NCBI GenBank assembly: GCA_028023455.1 | Contig: JAQFVV010000006.1 | Location: 17,112,001-17,176,000 of the forward strand | Length of the DNA: 64,000 nt | Origin: Epiperipatus broadwayi | Lineage: Eukaryota > Animalia > Onychophora | Direction of reading: 5' to 3' | Part shown: piece by piece, positions 26,341-38,455 of the stretch | Numbering within the stretch: the first letter of the stretch is position 1 | Layout: the number at the start of each line of letters is the position of its first letter | Notes under the pieces: model-generated | Told to the model about the DNA's origin: nothing | What the model saw: the letters and a program-made list of their open reading frames with translations, nothing else | Databases searched by the model: none | Translations under genes and position numbers: made by a program

Positions 26341-27759
26341 TCATTTTTTTAAAGCAGTAGTTGGATTATATTTCCAATTATTTATTTAAGCACATTTATC
26401 TTTATTTTTTATTATATATTTCAAAATTTTGAATTATTAATTTAACTTTGCAAACATACAAAAAATCTTAAACTAAAATATATAGCAAAATTTTTATAGA
26501 TTTATAAAAAGGTCACTTTATTTTTTTTATTGGACAAGTAATAATATTACATGTAGCAACATCATAATTAAAAAAAATCAGAATTGTTTTACCCTAGTTT
26601 GTAAAATTTGAATGGATTATTATTCAGCCTATTTAAAGCTAATGAAATTCTAAGTGAAATTTAAAATACCATTTATAATTTTAAAAAAAAGGACAAAAAT
26701 AAATTAGGTATATTCAGTATTAAAAATCATCTTTCAATCATTTACAAATTGTGACGGTACGTTATTGATTTCTCTCTTTTTCATTTCTTCTAAAAGTAAA
26801 TATTTTTGAATAAAATCTGAATCTAATCACATTATTTTTCTAAAAAAGAAAATATATTAGCATTCTGCTAAAGGAATTATAATTATGTAAACAAATTATA
26901 GAAAAGGTGTGCTTTCATTTTTTAAATCTAACAAAGAAATGAATGAGTGCTCTTGTGTGAAGATATTTAGAAACTACCAGGCAGGAGTTATATGGGTAGG
27001 CTATCCTTCTCTGTCATCAGCTCATTTTCCAATATATATATATATATTTGTGTCATACTGACATCTTGGGACATTTTTTTGAATTAGTAAATCTGTAATA
27101 TTTTGGTTCAGTTTTTGTTGAAAATGAATGCAAAACCAGAAAAATAGCACTAAAGATAGTAGCAAGAGAGTGATTTAAAGCTGAAACACAGTGGCCATTA
27201 CATAATGATCATTTGAAAGATTAAATAAGGATGTATATTTGCTCCAATGTTGTTTCAATTTTTATGACAGTTATTTTTGGAACTGCTAATAGGCATTTCA
27301 GTGAAATGAATCCAGATAATGGTACAGTTTTGTTCATGGAATTTTTAACTTGAATCAATTAAAAGCAAAAGCAAGAACTTCTACTTTATATATATAAAAT
27401 AAACTTTATAAATTACAAATTATGTATAAGTATTAATGTATGTGCAATGGGGAAAAATAGATATGAACTTCTACTTCTTGGATTTTGGATCTACAGTATG
27501 AGATGATTGTTCTATTTTTGCAATTCAGAAAATATTCAGAATGTTCTTAAAGTTTTGAATGCAAACTTTAAAGACTATGGTTTAATAATTAATTGTCTAA
27601 AAAATATATATTTTTTTGACCTCTGATGAACGAAAAATTCTCAGTAACTTTTAATTTAAATAGTTATCAACTTGAGTATGTAAACCAATTTAAATATTGT
27701 AGTGGTTATTTAAGTAAAAAGATGATTTTGATGTTGACGTACAACACAGACTTAAATGT

Positions 27760-28240
27760 TAAAAGATGGGATATCTTACAAAGGGGGGAATAATTAGAGC
27801 AACTAAGACATCTATATGTAGTGCTCCATTTTACCTATTTTATTGTAAGGAAGTGAGATTTGGGCACCCTATTGACACAATATAAAGCCATTAGAAAAGT
27901 TTAAAGATGCTCTGTAAAATTTTAAAAATACAATGGCAGGATCATAAAACCAGTTAATATGTTCTGCATTTTGCTGGGTATGATAATATAAGTCTAATTT
28001 TATTAAATAACACCCTGTTTTGGACATTTAAAGTGACCGAATAATACAAGACTTCCTAAAATGATGTTTTATGGTCATTTTGGGCACGGTTTTCATGGGA
28101 GAGATTGGCACAGGCTCCATTATAATGATTATTCCGATTACTTTCGGAAGAAGTGCAATGTTTAGTGTTTTGTAGGAAAGATATGGCACAGGATGGGATA
28201 CTTTGGAAGACTACAATTAAATCTGGTATTGAAATATTTT
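27760..28240 (+). mobile_element. BovB-like RTE LINE, C-terminal fossil
   Basis: Frameshifted equivalents of the SETW, IQWQD and RLPK..FYG motifs. Confidence 0.6.
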
Positions 28241-28702
28241 TTTAAAAAAATTCTGCTAAACATATTAAATGACAACATAACAAAATATTAACTAAACTGA
28301 AAAATGGATGATATTTATGAAGATATATTTGTGATTCTTAGATGGATTTGTATAATTATTGCAAAACTCATTTCTAGAATACTTACGTTTTCTTTTTTTG
28401 GGATTGTGATGACCATACTCAGTTATGAGTTGCTGTGGTTATGTTCAGATATGATTATAAAACATTATCAGTTGGAAAAATGGAAATAATGAACATATTA
28501 AGAAGAAACTTTGATGAATCTAATAATGTGATATTAAAATTTGCATAATTTTTTTTTTTTTTTGTATACTAATCTACTCTGTTGCAAGTATCAGTATTCT
28601 ATGGATACTAAATGACAATACCAGTCTAGTCATAAGTTTCTATTCTTTTTTATCATTGAGGTCACTGGATGGCACAAATTGATACTTATCAATTAAACTG
28701 TA

Positions 28703-28797
28703 ATAAAATCATTGTTTTTACTTTACCTTTGGGTGGTAAATCTTTTCTAATAATACTAAGCCTCACTTTTTTGCGTAAAGCGCAATTTAAAACTTAC
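28703..28797 (+). mobile_element. Short 5'-truncated PLE-type insertion (family 4 3' terminus)
   Basis: Ends in gcctcacttttttgcgtaaagcgcaa..acttac, as does 59737-59775. Flanking direct repeat actta(t/c)caattaaactgta at 28684-28702 and 28792-28810. Confidence 0.65.
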
Positions 28798-28873
28798 CAA
28801 TTAAACTGTAGTAATTAGTTATCTATATATACTGAACAGTGATAAAGATATTTGTAAGAGATTGTGATCTGGC

Positions 28874-28916
28874 CCAACTGATGAGTAGTTAGTTCAGTGC
28901 GAAATAGGCATCTTGG
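28874..28916 (+). ncRNA. Type I hammerhead motif with intact core (family 2-related)
   Basis: CCAA CTGATGA G tagttagttcagtg C GAAA t aggc a TC TTGG. All core residues present; stem I 4 bp; stem II imperfect. Confidence 0.7.
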
Positions 28917-30159
28917 ACATCATTCATCTTTTTCACATGCTTTTGGTCATCTATTTATGATTTCAACTCTCCATAAGGTGTTACAGAAACCAGTCCCTAG
29001 CTTGCATTAGAGTGATGTAGTAAAAATTACCCTACAGAAATCTTATATTGAGTAACTACCTTTATTTTTGTTAGACTATCATCTCACATATTTACATAGA
29101 TTCTGTTGGTTTTTGAATTCTGAGTGGTGGAAAATATGGATATAGTATGACAACTGTTGGTGAGGTTTATCTGGAATTGAAGAATAATCTAGGTTTTGTG
29201 TATTTCATTTTTCATTTCTTAGTTTTGGCAATTATACAATACCCCCAAAAATTTAATTAAATAGTGCTTTGAATTCCATATTTATGTAAGTTTAATAATA
29301 AGTAACTATTTAAATGTAATTTAGTTTTATTTATTCCTATGGTCTTAAAAAAATGTAATTAGTGTAAGCTTTTCTTGTGTGTGTTGTGCACATGTTTATT
29401 ACTTATTTCTTGCAGTGCATGATTGGAGGTTAATTTCCTTCTGCACTTTTGAGTACTTAATAATAACAATAAAACATTACCATCTGTTTTGCATATATCT
29501 ATCTGATAGGTTTGCAAAAAGTGGGTGTAATTAATATTTTTAATTATGCAGAAAGGTAAGCATATGTGTGACATCTTTCATATTATATAAAGCTGAAATT
29601 CTGTCCATTTTTGAATTAAGGGGGATAAGATGTTGAGGATGCATGTTATCCAGTAGTAATATTTTTTCCAATCTAATGCATTTCGTTATTAACTTTTTAG
29701 GAATTTATAATTACATAATAAGTAAAAACAATCTTAGTCTTACTGCTAGGTAAAATGTAAAAGCAATTAGTGTTTTAAATAGGATTCTCATGCTAATTAA
29801 TCAATTTATGTTCTGCATTTATGCTCCTAAGCAAATGCAAGTTTATAATATCATATGTCAACAACCAGCTAAAAAAGCAAACCATTCTTTACTGCTAAGA
29901 ATTTTAGTTCAACATTTGTCATCAAATAAATGTAAACTGGCATAAATTCTTTAGTTTACATGTAAGTTAATTTACAATTTAAATGACAGGGTTTTAATAA
30001 CCTTTGAGCAGCTAATTCTGTGCCGATGAGAGTGTTTGCATTTGAAACATGTAACAGGTGAAGAACAGTGGTCTGATTTCTTAGCAGGATGTTGATTTAC
30101 AAAATTACAGAATCACATTTATTGAAAATGATTTTACAGATCAACATTTCTGTTTGGAA

Positions 30160-30460
30160 AGAATGTAAATGAAATCAGGGACATGTTAGTCCAAGTTTTG
30201 CCATGAAGGAAATGATAGTGTATAAATATATTAAATGTTTTTCTGAGGGGAGAGAAACTATCACTGATGAAGAGAGATTAATTGGACCAGTAACAAACAG
30301 ATCTGATAAAAACATTATGAATTTGTGAAACAGTTAATAAAGTTAATTATTGAAGGTGCTGAAAAGACTGTGAAAGATGAAAATGACCTGAATATTTCAC
30401 CAACAACATACAACTTTTGTATCATGAAAATGGGTCAGGTAACACAGCATTATTCACATT
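30160..30460 (+). mobile_element. Mariner transposase fossil (deletion derivative)
   Basis: Homologous to 33050-33350; EGRE.ITDEER HTH-region motif. Confidence 0.65.
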
Positions 30461-31231
30461 TTTTTTAAGGCAAATGTATTTCTTTGACTTCAGTTCTGCC
30501 ATTTTCTGTATTATTATTCATTGCACTTAAATTTCCTATCTTGTTTTCATAAATTTCTGATCAAGATTTCATCAGTTTTTATACTTTCACCATTTTTATT
30601 GTTAAATATTCAATCTCTCTTTTTTTTAAAGTCATTATCTTTGAATAATTAAAATTTCAGTAATGCTTCAATGTTTTTGTCTTTACTTCAATAATAATCT
30701 AATATCTTTCAGCAATTTCACATTTCAGTTTTGCTATTTTTCATTTTTAGTACTTTATGTTGATTATATCTTCAGCACTGTTTTTCTGTTCATTTACTTT
30801 TTCTTTTTATAGATCAATCGGTTTTCATCTTTCATATATTGTACATGTTGAAAGTTTTTTGGTTTATATAAGAATAGGATTTTTTTTTCTCTAGACCAGG
30901 GGTGGCCAACTTTTGTTTTTCATAAGATCTACTTTTTATTTTAAAAATGTGTTGCGATCGACTTGTTGTCATAGGTATATAGTCTAAGTGGAGGGAGGTG
31001 TGAAATACATAATATTTTTTGTTTTTCTGAAGGTTTGTGATGATGGTGTTCTAGTTGTATTTTTATATTGGACTATTTCCATCATCTAATATGTGTGTTG
31101 AATGTCTTTAGAACAATATAATTTTTTTATTTAAATATTCCAAATACATTCAACTGTTAGTAATATCACAGCAAACAGGTTAGTATATGCACCAACTATT
31201 AGCAATATCACAGCAAACAGGTTAGTGTATA

Positions 31232-31278
31232 CACAACGTTTCAAGAAGTATTGTTCTCCCCTCTTCTTCAGGTGTTGC
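31232..31278 (-). ncRNA. Hammerhead-like motif (family 1)
   Basis: Minus strand: caacac CTGAAGA agaggg..cttctt GAAAC GTT gtg. Confidence 0.6.
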
Positions 31279-31786
31279 TGGCCTGACCAGTTTCAGTACT
31301 AGCATGGAATTCAAACCTGGGTCCTTAGATTCTTGATTATTGAATCAATACATTAGAACAGGTTTCCAGAGTCATACCACACAATGAGGAATTCTAACAT
31401 CTACAAAGCCTAAACTTGAAATGCTGAAAAGAAAAAACTGCATCTATGAAATACCAGCCATCCCATTGAAAAGTGCTTGCAAGAACATAAACTGATAATT
31501 AGAAGAGAGAAAACAGATGTGTCTAAGGTAGCAGACTATGTATGTACCAATGAACATATGTTTGTTTGGGAAAATACAAAAATATTGGATAAAGGAGAAA
31601 AGGTACAAAGAAGAAAATTTAAAGAATCTGCTCACATGACAATGGCAAAAAATCACATAAGCCAACCTAGTGTGACTATACATAATGTATGGAAATCACT
31701 AATCAACTTTGCTCTTAGGAAAAAGTGGAGAAATCAGGAGGAACCTCATAGACAAGTATATGAAATTTCTATTGACTGTTGCCTTT

Positions 31787-31877
31787 GGTGGATGGCTCAG
31801 TTGGTTAGAGCATTCCCTTAAAATTCAATAATCAAGAATGTAATGACCCAGGTTCGAATCCCATGGTAGTACTGCCA
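31787..31877 (+). promoter_or_regulatory. tRNA-like Pol III internal promoter inside the PLE terminal repeat
   Basis: A box TGGCTCAGTTGG at 31793-31804, B box GGTTCGAATCC at 31851-31861, ends in CCA. Acceptor stem does not pair. Confidence 0.7.
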
Positions 31878-31889
31878 CTGGTCAGACCA

Positions 31890-31937
31890 GCAACACCTGT
31901 AGAAGAGGAAAGAACTATAACTCTCGAAACATTGTGC
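31890..31937 (+). ncRNA. Hammerhead-like motif (family 1), core mutated
   Basis: caacac CTGTAGA agagg..ctctc GAAAC ATT gtg. Confidence 0.5.
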
Positions 31938-32059
31938 ATATACTAACCTGTTTGCTATGATATTACTAACAGTTAGTGCATATATTAACCTATTTGCTGT
32001 GATATTACTAACAGTTGGTGCATATACTAACCTGTTTGCTGTGATATTACTAACAGTTG
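31934..32059 (+). repeat. 42-bp tandem repeat (3 units) in the family 1 terminal repeat
   Basis: Unit gtgcatatactaacctgtttgctgtgatattactaacagttg starts at 31934, 31976 and 32018. The other arms carry 1-2 units. Confidence 0.9.
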
Positions 32060-32984
32060 AATGTATTTGGAATATTTAAATAAAATTAAATTATTCTAAA
32101 GACATTCAACACACAGATGATGGAAATAGTCCAATATAAAAATACAACATAATATATTTATATATCTACCTAGTAAAAAGTAACTATTATTTAACGGGTC
32201 AAAAAACTCATGTCCGGGGGAATTAAAGCAACATGAGTAATTATTAACAATATTTATTAATTCAAATTAGCTACATTAAATCAAGATTAAAAATATTACA
32301 TTCAATAATGATACAGCTTAGTGAACTTTACCTATCTAGAATTGAAAAAAAATTTAGAACAAAAACAAAAATAACAAAAAAACTTGAAAATCTTGACTTA
32401 ATTTGTTTCACTCGTTACCCGACAGCTCTTGCCAGATTGGCCTTGCGATCAATCAAAAATGGCTTTGCAATCATCCGGTGGATCACAATCGACTTGTTAA
32501 ACACCCCTGCTCCAGACAACCCAACTAACCATCCACTGATAGTCATTATGTAGGTATTTAGTTATTATTAGTATAATGCTTTACATACAATTATGTCAGT
32601 GCTTCTAACATGGAAATAATAATCAATAGAATACAACCTTAAGGAATTTTCAATGAAGAGACTCTTTTCAAAACATAAACACATTCAAAGTAAATAAAGA
32701 AAACTGAACTACATGTTCCAAAATGCAGCCAACTATTTCATGTTTATTACTAGCTTGTAGTGAACATAAGGATAGCATGTGAAAAAATAAAAGAAACAGT
32801 TTATTAATAGCATATGAAGTCAGGCAATTAAATGCCCAAACTCCTATGTTCACAGCACTGTACAAACAATTCAGTAAGGTAACATAACTGCAGTATCAGT
32901 GACTCACAACAGTGTTCATCTTATTATCTTGTTGAATGACATTTATTGTTATTATCATGTTTTTGTGTGTTGTTATGGGAGGCC

Positions 32985-33664
32985 AGAGTTTGAACTTGAG
33001 AACAAAGAACAAATATTCAATTTCTTGTTAAACTTAGGAAGAATGTAATGAAATAAGGGACATGTTATCCTAAGTTTTGCCATGATGAAAATGGTAGGGT
33101 ACAAATGTATTAAATGTTTTTTCTTAGGGGAGAGAAAGTATCATTGATGAAGAGAAATCATTGTGACCAGTAACAAGCAGGTCCGAAGAAAATATTATGA
33201 GTTTGCACCAATTGATGAAAGAGCTAACCAAGTTGATTATTTGAAGGTGCTGAAAAGAATGCATGAAAGATGAAAATGATTTTAACCTTGACTGAGCATC
33301 AATACATGGCTGTCTTGTATTGTGAAAATGTGCCAGCTAACACAGCAGTATCTGTGAGATATTTATTGTTTAGCCGGTAAAAAAAATAACTGTATTGGAG
33401 CACCCTACCTACTCACCTGATCTATGCCCCTCCCCCAGTAATTTTTTCTTTATCTAAAGATAAAGGAAATATTGAAAGGAAGTCATTTTGATGACACCCA
33501 GGACATCAATAATAGGTGATTAGAACATTCCAGAAAAACAGTTCCAAAATTGCTTTGAAGGATGGACTAGGTGGTGATAATTGAAGGTTATCCTAGTGAT
33601 ATACCAATGAAATATGTAGGACTTTTTCTAGAATAAATTAGCGAACTTAACTGTCAAACCGTAT
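32985..33664 (+). mobile_element. Mariner transposase fossil with right TIR-like end
   Basis: N-terminal EQR.NI.FLVKLG-like segment; LEHPTYSPDL (YSPDL motif); LKGSHFDD. Ends tagcgaacttaactgtcaaaccg|ta. Confidence 0.8.
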
Positions 33665-34676
33665 AGCTCAGTAATGAGCAGGCAATTTAATAATGTTCAG
33701 TTGAATGCATTTTGCTACTTTTACAACTAAATGTAGAAGTTCATATTTTTTCTTTTATTTTGAATATAACATTTGCCTGTGATCTGCACTGAAAATACAT
33801 TAAGGTTATATTTCATTTTCTTGTTAATTTTCTCTGTGCAAGAAGCATTGATACAATTACAAAGAATATTACATTTCAGTAAAGCAGTTCTTATTACATC
33901 TAATCTCCAAGTATATAAATTATACTTGTATTCAAACCTTAAAGCAGTTATTATTGTTTGTTGTTAATATGATCTCAATGGCTACTGAGTAGTATGTGTT
34001 AGATATTTATCATTATGATGCATTAGTAGATAGTAGTTGGGAATGTTAAATACTCCTATAGGGGCTCAATTGTTTTTACATTTCTGTATTTTTAAATTGT
34101 TTTTATTTTTGATTGGCTAATGTAACAAACATATTTTTTTTCCATTTATATTTGTCACGGCAGCATGTTCATTTGATCAATATATGTAAATTAGAAAATT
34201 TGTTTATATCGACGTTATTTCCTTTATGTTGTTTAACATGTTTTTATTTTTTTTATTAAAATTTGTATTAATGTTTTTTCTTCTTTTTCTGCAACTTCAT
34301 TTAATTGTCTGCTAATTATCTTTTACTTGATAGTGGTATTAATTTGAGGAGTTTATCTTACTTTCTTCAGCTTTTGTAAAGTGATCTTCTCTTTTAATTT
34401 TTAACTTCATCCCTTCAACGATAAGATTGTAAGAGGAAATTTTGAAGTATTTATTATAGCTTAATTATAGACGAGTAATCACTCAGTTTTACTTGATAAA
34501 AAATAATACCTTCTTAATTTTTCAACAAATGATTTTATATATATTTGTTTCATTCTTATCTCTGTTAATGCAAATTTAAAAAATCAACGACTTGATTGAT
34601 ATTAGATGTAAAATTGCACAATAAAAACATTTAAAAATAGAAACAAAAAAATTAAAATAATGTGAAGTACTTAGAA

Positions 34677-35095
34677 GAAATCTGAGACCTGGACACTTAA
34701 TAGAAGAGCAATACAGAGACTTCAGACCACTCAAAGAAGTATGGAGAGATGTATGTTGGGAGTAACAAGAAGAGATCGAAAACGCAATGTATGGGCAAGA
34801 GAACAAACAGGTGTTACTGACCTCATTGAAAAAATTAAAAGACTGGAGTGGAGCTGGGCTGGACATATTGTTAGAAGAGATGATAATAGATGGACAATTG
34901 AAATTTTAAACTGGATTCCAAGAGATTGTAAAAGACCCAGAAAGAGACCACATGTGAGATGGATGGATGAAATAAGAAAGTGTGCAGGGATGATGTGGAG
35001 AAGAGAAGCTAAAGATCGGAGAAGATGGATTAAACTTGGGGAGACCTTCTTCCTGTAGTGGATTGATAATAGTTGACGATGATGATGATGATGAT
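34677..35095 (+). mobile_element. RTE-clade LINE 3' end
   Basis: SETW..MERCMLG..WSWAGHIVRR..RWT..W.PR..KR..RP..RW.D..W...AKDR..W motif; (GAT)n tail. Confidence 0.9.
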
Positions 35096-36902
35096 TTAGA
35101 AGAAAATATATTTGATTGTTTGTGAAACATGGATTACAAAACAAACATATATTGTACAAAGAGAAACGAAAAGAATTATAAAGATAGTAACTGAAAAGAT
35201 ACAAAATGTAAAACCATTTTAATGTAAAACTGCTCCATGTGATTTAATACAGTGTTAGAATGTGGAGAGCATAAAATCCTCTAATCGATTTTGTTTATGT
35301 CGTTTTCAACACTAGGACTTCTTATGAAGTCCAGAGCAGTCCAGCCATTCTTTATTTATTTAATGTAAGATAAAAGTTTTTTTGCGCCCACAAAAATTCA
35401 TTTGCTCATTTTGAATTTTGTTTTTTCATTCAAAGCCAAGAAAACATTAGCTCCGAACTTAGTAAGAATAATTCTCGTTTTTATTTATTATAATGTATTA
35501 TTGATGATGTATACTAATGCTTTTTTACTATTATTATTATGGTATTACTATCATAATATTATTTTGTAAATAACATATGTTGTAAAGTTGAGTATTATTT
35601 AACATAAGAGGTGTATTCCGGTTCCTTTGTATAAGTTGAAATCCTTTTATATATATTCACACAAACATGTATTAATTTCCGAAGAACTTTTTGCATTTTT
35701 AAATGCAAGCGCTATAAATTACTTTTACATAAAGTTAAATCTATTAAAATATTAATAAACTTTTTTAAAAGTCATTTAATCGCTTAATTATTTCATATTT
35801 TATGTTTGGTATAAAATAAACTTACTGTGGTTTGATATTTTTAAGAGGTTTTTTTCTTTTTCTTTTGCATAATGGTGTTTGTCATTTGTGAGTATGGCGG
35901 GTGCAGGTGCTTAATTTATAATGGATCATTCATCCTCACAGTGGGTTTCAGAAAGCTCAGCTGGGGAATAATCTGCTGCTTACTGACATTCTAAACTGAC
36001 TGAAAAATTGCAATTTAAAAATGTTTTTGAAGGAGGAAAGCTAATACGTTATTCAGGTTTTAACATTAGAAATAACTGCTTTTCAAGTTATTTCAATTAG
36101 AGTCAGAAAAGTCGATTGCTGTATAAAATATAGTTGTTGTTTTTTTGCACCCCCCCCATATCAATTATTGATTGCTCTCCCTATATATATAACACTACGT
36201 TAAAGAAAAAAAAAAAACATTTGTAAATAAAAAGATGAAATAATTTCTGCATAACTTGTTGCAACACAAAGGTATATAAATCTTTCCAAGAGCAAGAGAT
36301 AAGAGAGCTTTCTCAGGTTGTGCTGACTGACTTTGATTAGGAAGCATTTTTGAATGTGGATAAATTAATAAATTTAAGTGGGAGAGGGGAGTTATATAAC
36401 ATATTATTCTACATATTATATATAAAAAAGAATCTTCTTTTGGCAAAGTTTTATTGCTGTCTTCAGTGTAATGTATTTATTACTGTGAATATTTGCTTAA
36501 CACTATATATAGTGACATATTTTTTCATCCCTTACCCCTATTGTTCCACTTTTCCTTCCCCATATTTAGGAGGCAGGCTGTCTATACAATACTTATAAAC
36601 AAAGAAAGAAGGAAAAGGAAAAAAGGCTGTGGAAAAAGTAGTTATAAAAAAGTCTAGATGTTGCTATGTTCAATCATGTGTTTAAATTTTCCAATTTATG
36701 CTGCTTATGTAGGAGAATAAATTGGAGTAACTATATATTGATTAACTGTTAACACTGGATCAATCATCGTTTGATCATCATCAATAGGAATTTGCCATTG
36801 CTTGTCAGTTTATTAATTAGCATCATTGAAATGTACCACCTCAAATTTGTAACTACAGCTTGTAAAAAATAGTGAAATATTTTATACCAATAAAATATAT
36901 CT

Positions 36903-38065
36903 ATATCATCATCAACCATTATCAGTTCACTGCAGGATGAAGGTCTCTCCAGGTTCAAACCATCTTCTCCAATCTTTAGCTTCTCTTCTCCACATCACAT
37001 CTGCACACTTTCTTATTTCATCCATACATCTCACATGTGGTCTCTTTCTCAGTCTTTTACAATCTCTCAGAATCCAGTTTAAGATTTTAATTGTCCGTAT
37101 ATTATCATCTCTTCTAGAAATATGTCCAGACTAACTCCACTTCCAGTTTTTTAATTTTTTCAATGAGATCAATAACACCTGTTTGTTCTTTTATCCATAT
37201 ATTGTGTTTTCGATATCTTCTTGTTACTCCTAACATGCATCTCTCCATACTTCTTTGAGTAGTCTGAAGTGTTTGTATTGCTCTTCTATTAAGTGTCCAA
37301 GTCTCAGATCCATAAGTAGGAACTGGTAAAACACATTTAAAAACCTTTCTTTTCAAAAACATAGGCATATTTCCTTTTAGTATCAAGTTATTTCTACCAA
37401 AAGCACCCCAATCAAATTTAATTCTATGATTAATTTCATTCATTATGTCTCCATCTGTATTAATAATCTGACCAAGATATTTGTAGCTGTTAACTTCTAA
37501 CTCATCATAATCTATCTTTATTTTCATATTTTAAGAAAATTCATTGAACATTGCTTTAGTCTTTTTAACATTTATCTTTAGTCATACTTTACTATTTTCA
37601 TCTGATAAATCCTGCAACCTTTCCTGCAGCTCTAAAGCATTATTTGCAAAAACAACTATATCATCTGCAAAATCTAAATGACTTAAATAATCTCCATTTA
37701 CTTTCACTCCTTTAACTTCCCATTTTAATCCACAAAATACTTCTTGCAGCACTGCCATAAAAAGTTTTGGAGATATGGAGTCACCCTGTCTTACACCCTT
37801 CTCAATGTTGACATTCCCAGTATCATTATGTAATCTAATTGTTGTTGTTGCATTTTTATAAATATTCTTTAAAATATGACAATATCCTGGATCTATACCT
37901 TGATGATCCAATGCTTTAATCACTGAATAAATGTTTATAGAATCAAATGCCTTTTCATGAGCTACAAATTAAAAGCTTAATGGCAACTCATATTCATTTG
38001 TCCTTTCTGTAAATTCTTTCAATACCTGGATATGATCTACTGTACTAAAACCACTTTTAAATCAC
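36903..38065 (-). mobile_element. RTE-clade LINE, 5'-truncated, RT domain fossil
   Basis: GVRQGDSISPKLF, FADD, YKYLG and YGSETW motifs; same 3' tail as the other copies. Confidence 0.9.
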
Positions 38066-38455
38066 TCAAGGCTTTATAAAAAAAATACTAGTTTGAATAT
38101 CACTTTTTATTTTTCATAGTTCTTCATGAAGAGTTTTGCATATGCAAACCCCCTCCCTCAATGCCCTTTTAATATTGTGATCAGCACATCTACTTGGAGT
38201 GTGAATTTGGGCTAAATGATTGTTGATATTCACAAATATGTTTAAGATTTTTCTTTTGTTTTTTAGTCATTCAGATAGTCCACCTTCTGCAGTGCAAATA
38301 ACCACTAAATGTCTGGTTCTTGTTTGCAAGTGGCTAAAGGCTTAAATTTGTTCTAAATTAGATACGTGTCAATACATTAACTATACAAATAAAAGAAAAC
38401 AATTGTAACATGATATGGCTTTCTCTACTTGTGGTAGAAATGTCATACTTCTATG

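Larger units (their letters stand above)
31020..32146 (+). mobile_element. Penelope-like fold-back element, family 1 (longer copy)
   Basis: Inverted arms ~31055-31345 and ~31825-32146. Internal GIY-YIG C-terminus (EHK..SKVADYV..EHMFVWENTKILD..RRKFKES..ISQPS). 13-bp TSD acataatat(t/a)ttt at 31007-31019 and 32147-32159. Confidence 0.85.
30897..32509. mobile_element. hAT (Charlie-like) MITE interrupted by a PLE fold-back element
   Basis: TIR caggggtggccaac / gttaaacacccctg. 8-bp TSD ctctagac / ctccagac (30889-30896 and 32510-32517). Subterminal gcgatc(g)ac motifs. Confidence 0.8.

Noticed and set aside
31934-32059. 42-bp repeats as a CRISPR array
   Set aside because: Units are contiguous with no unique spacers, there are no cas genes, and the context is a eukaryotic retroelement.
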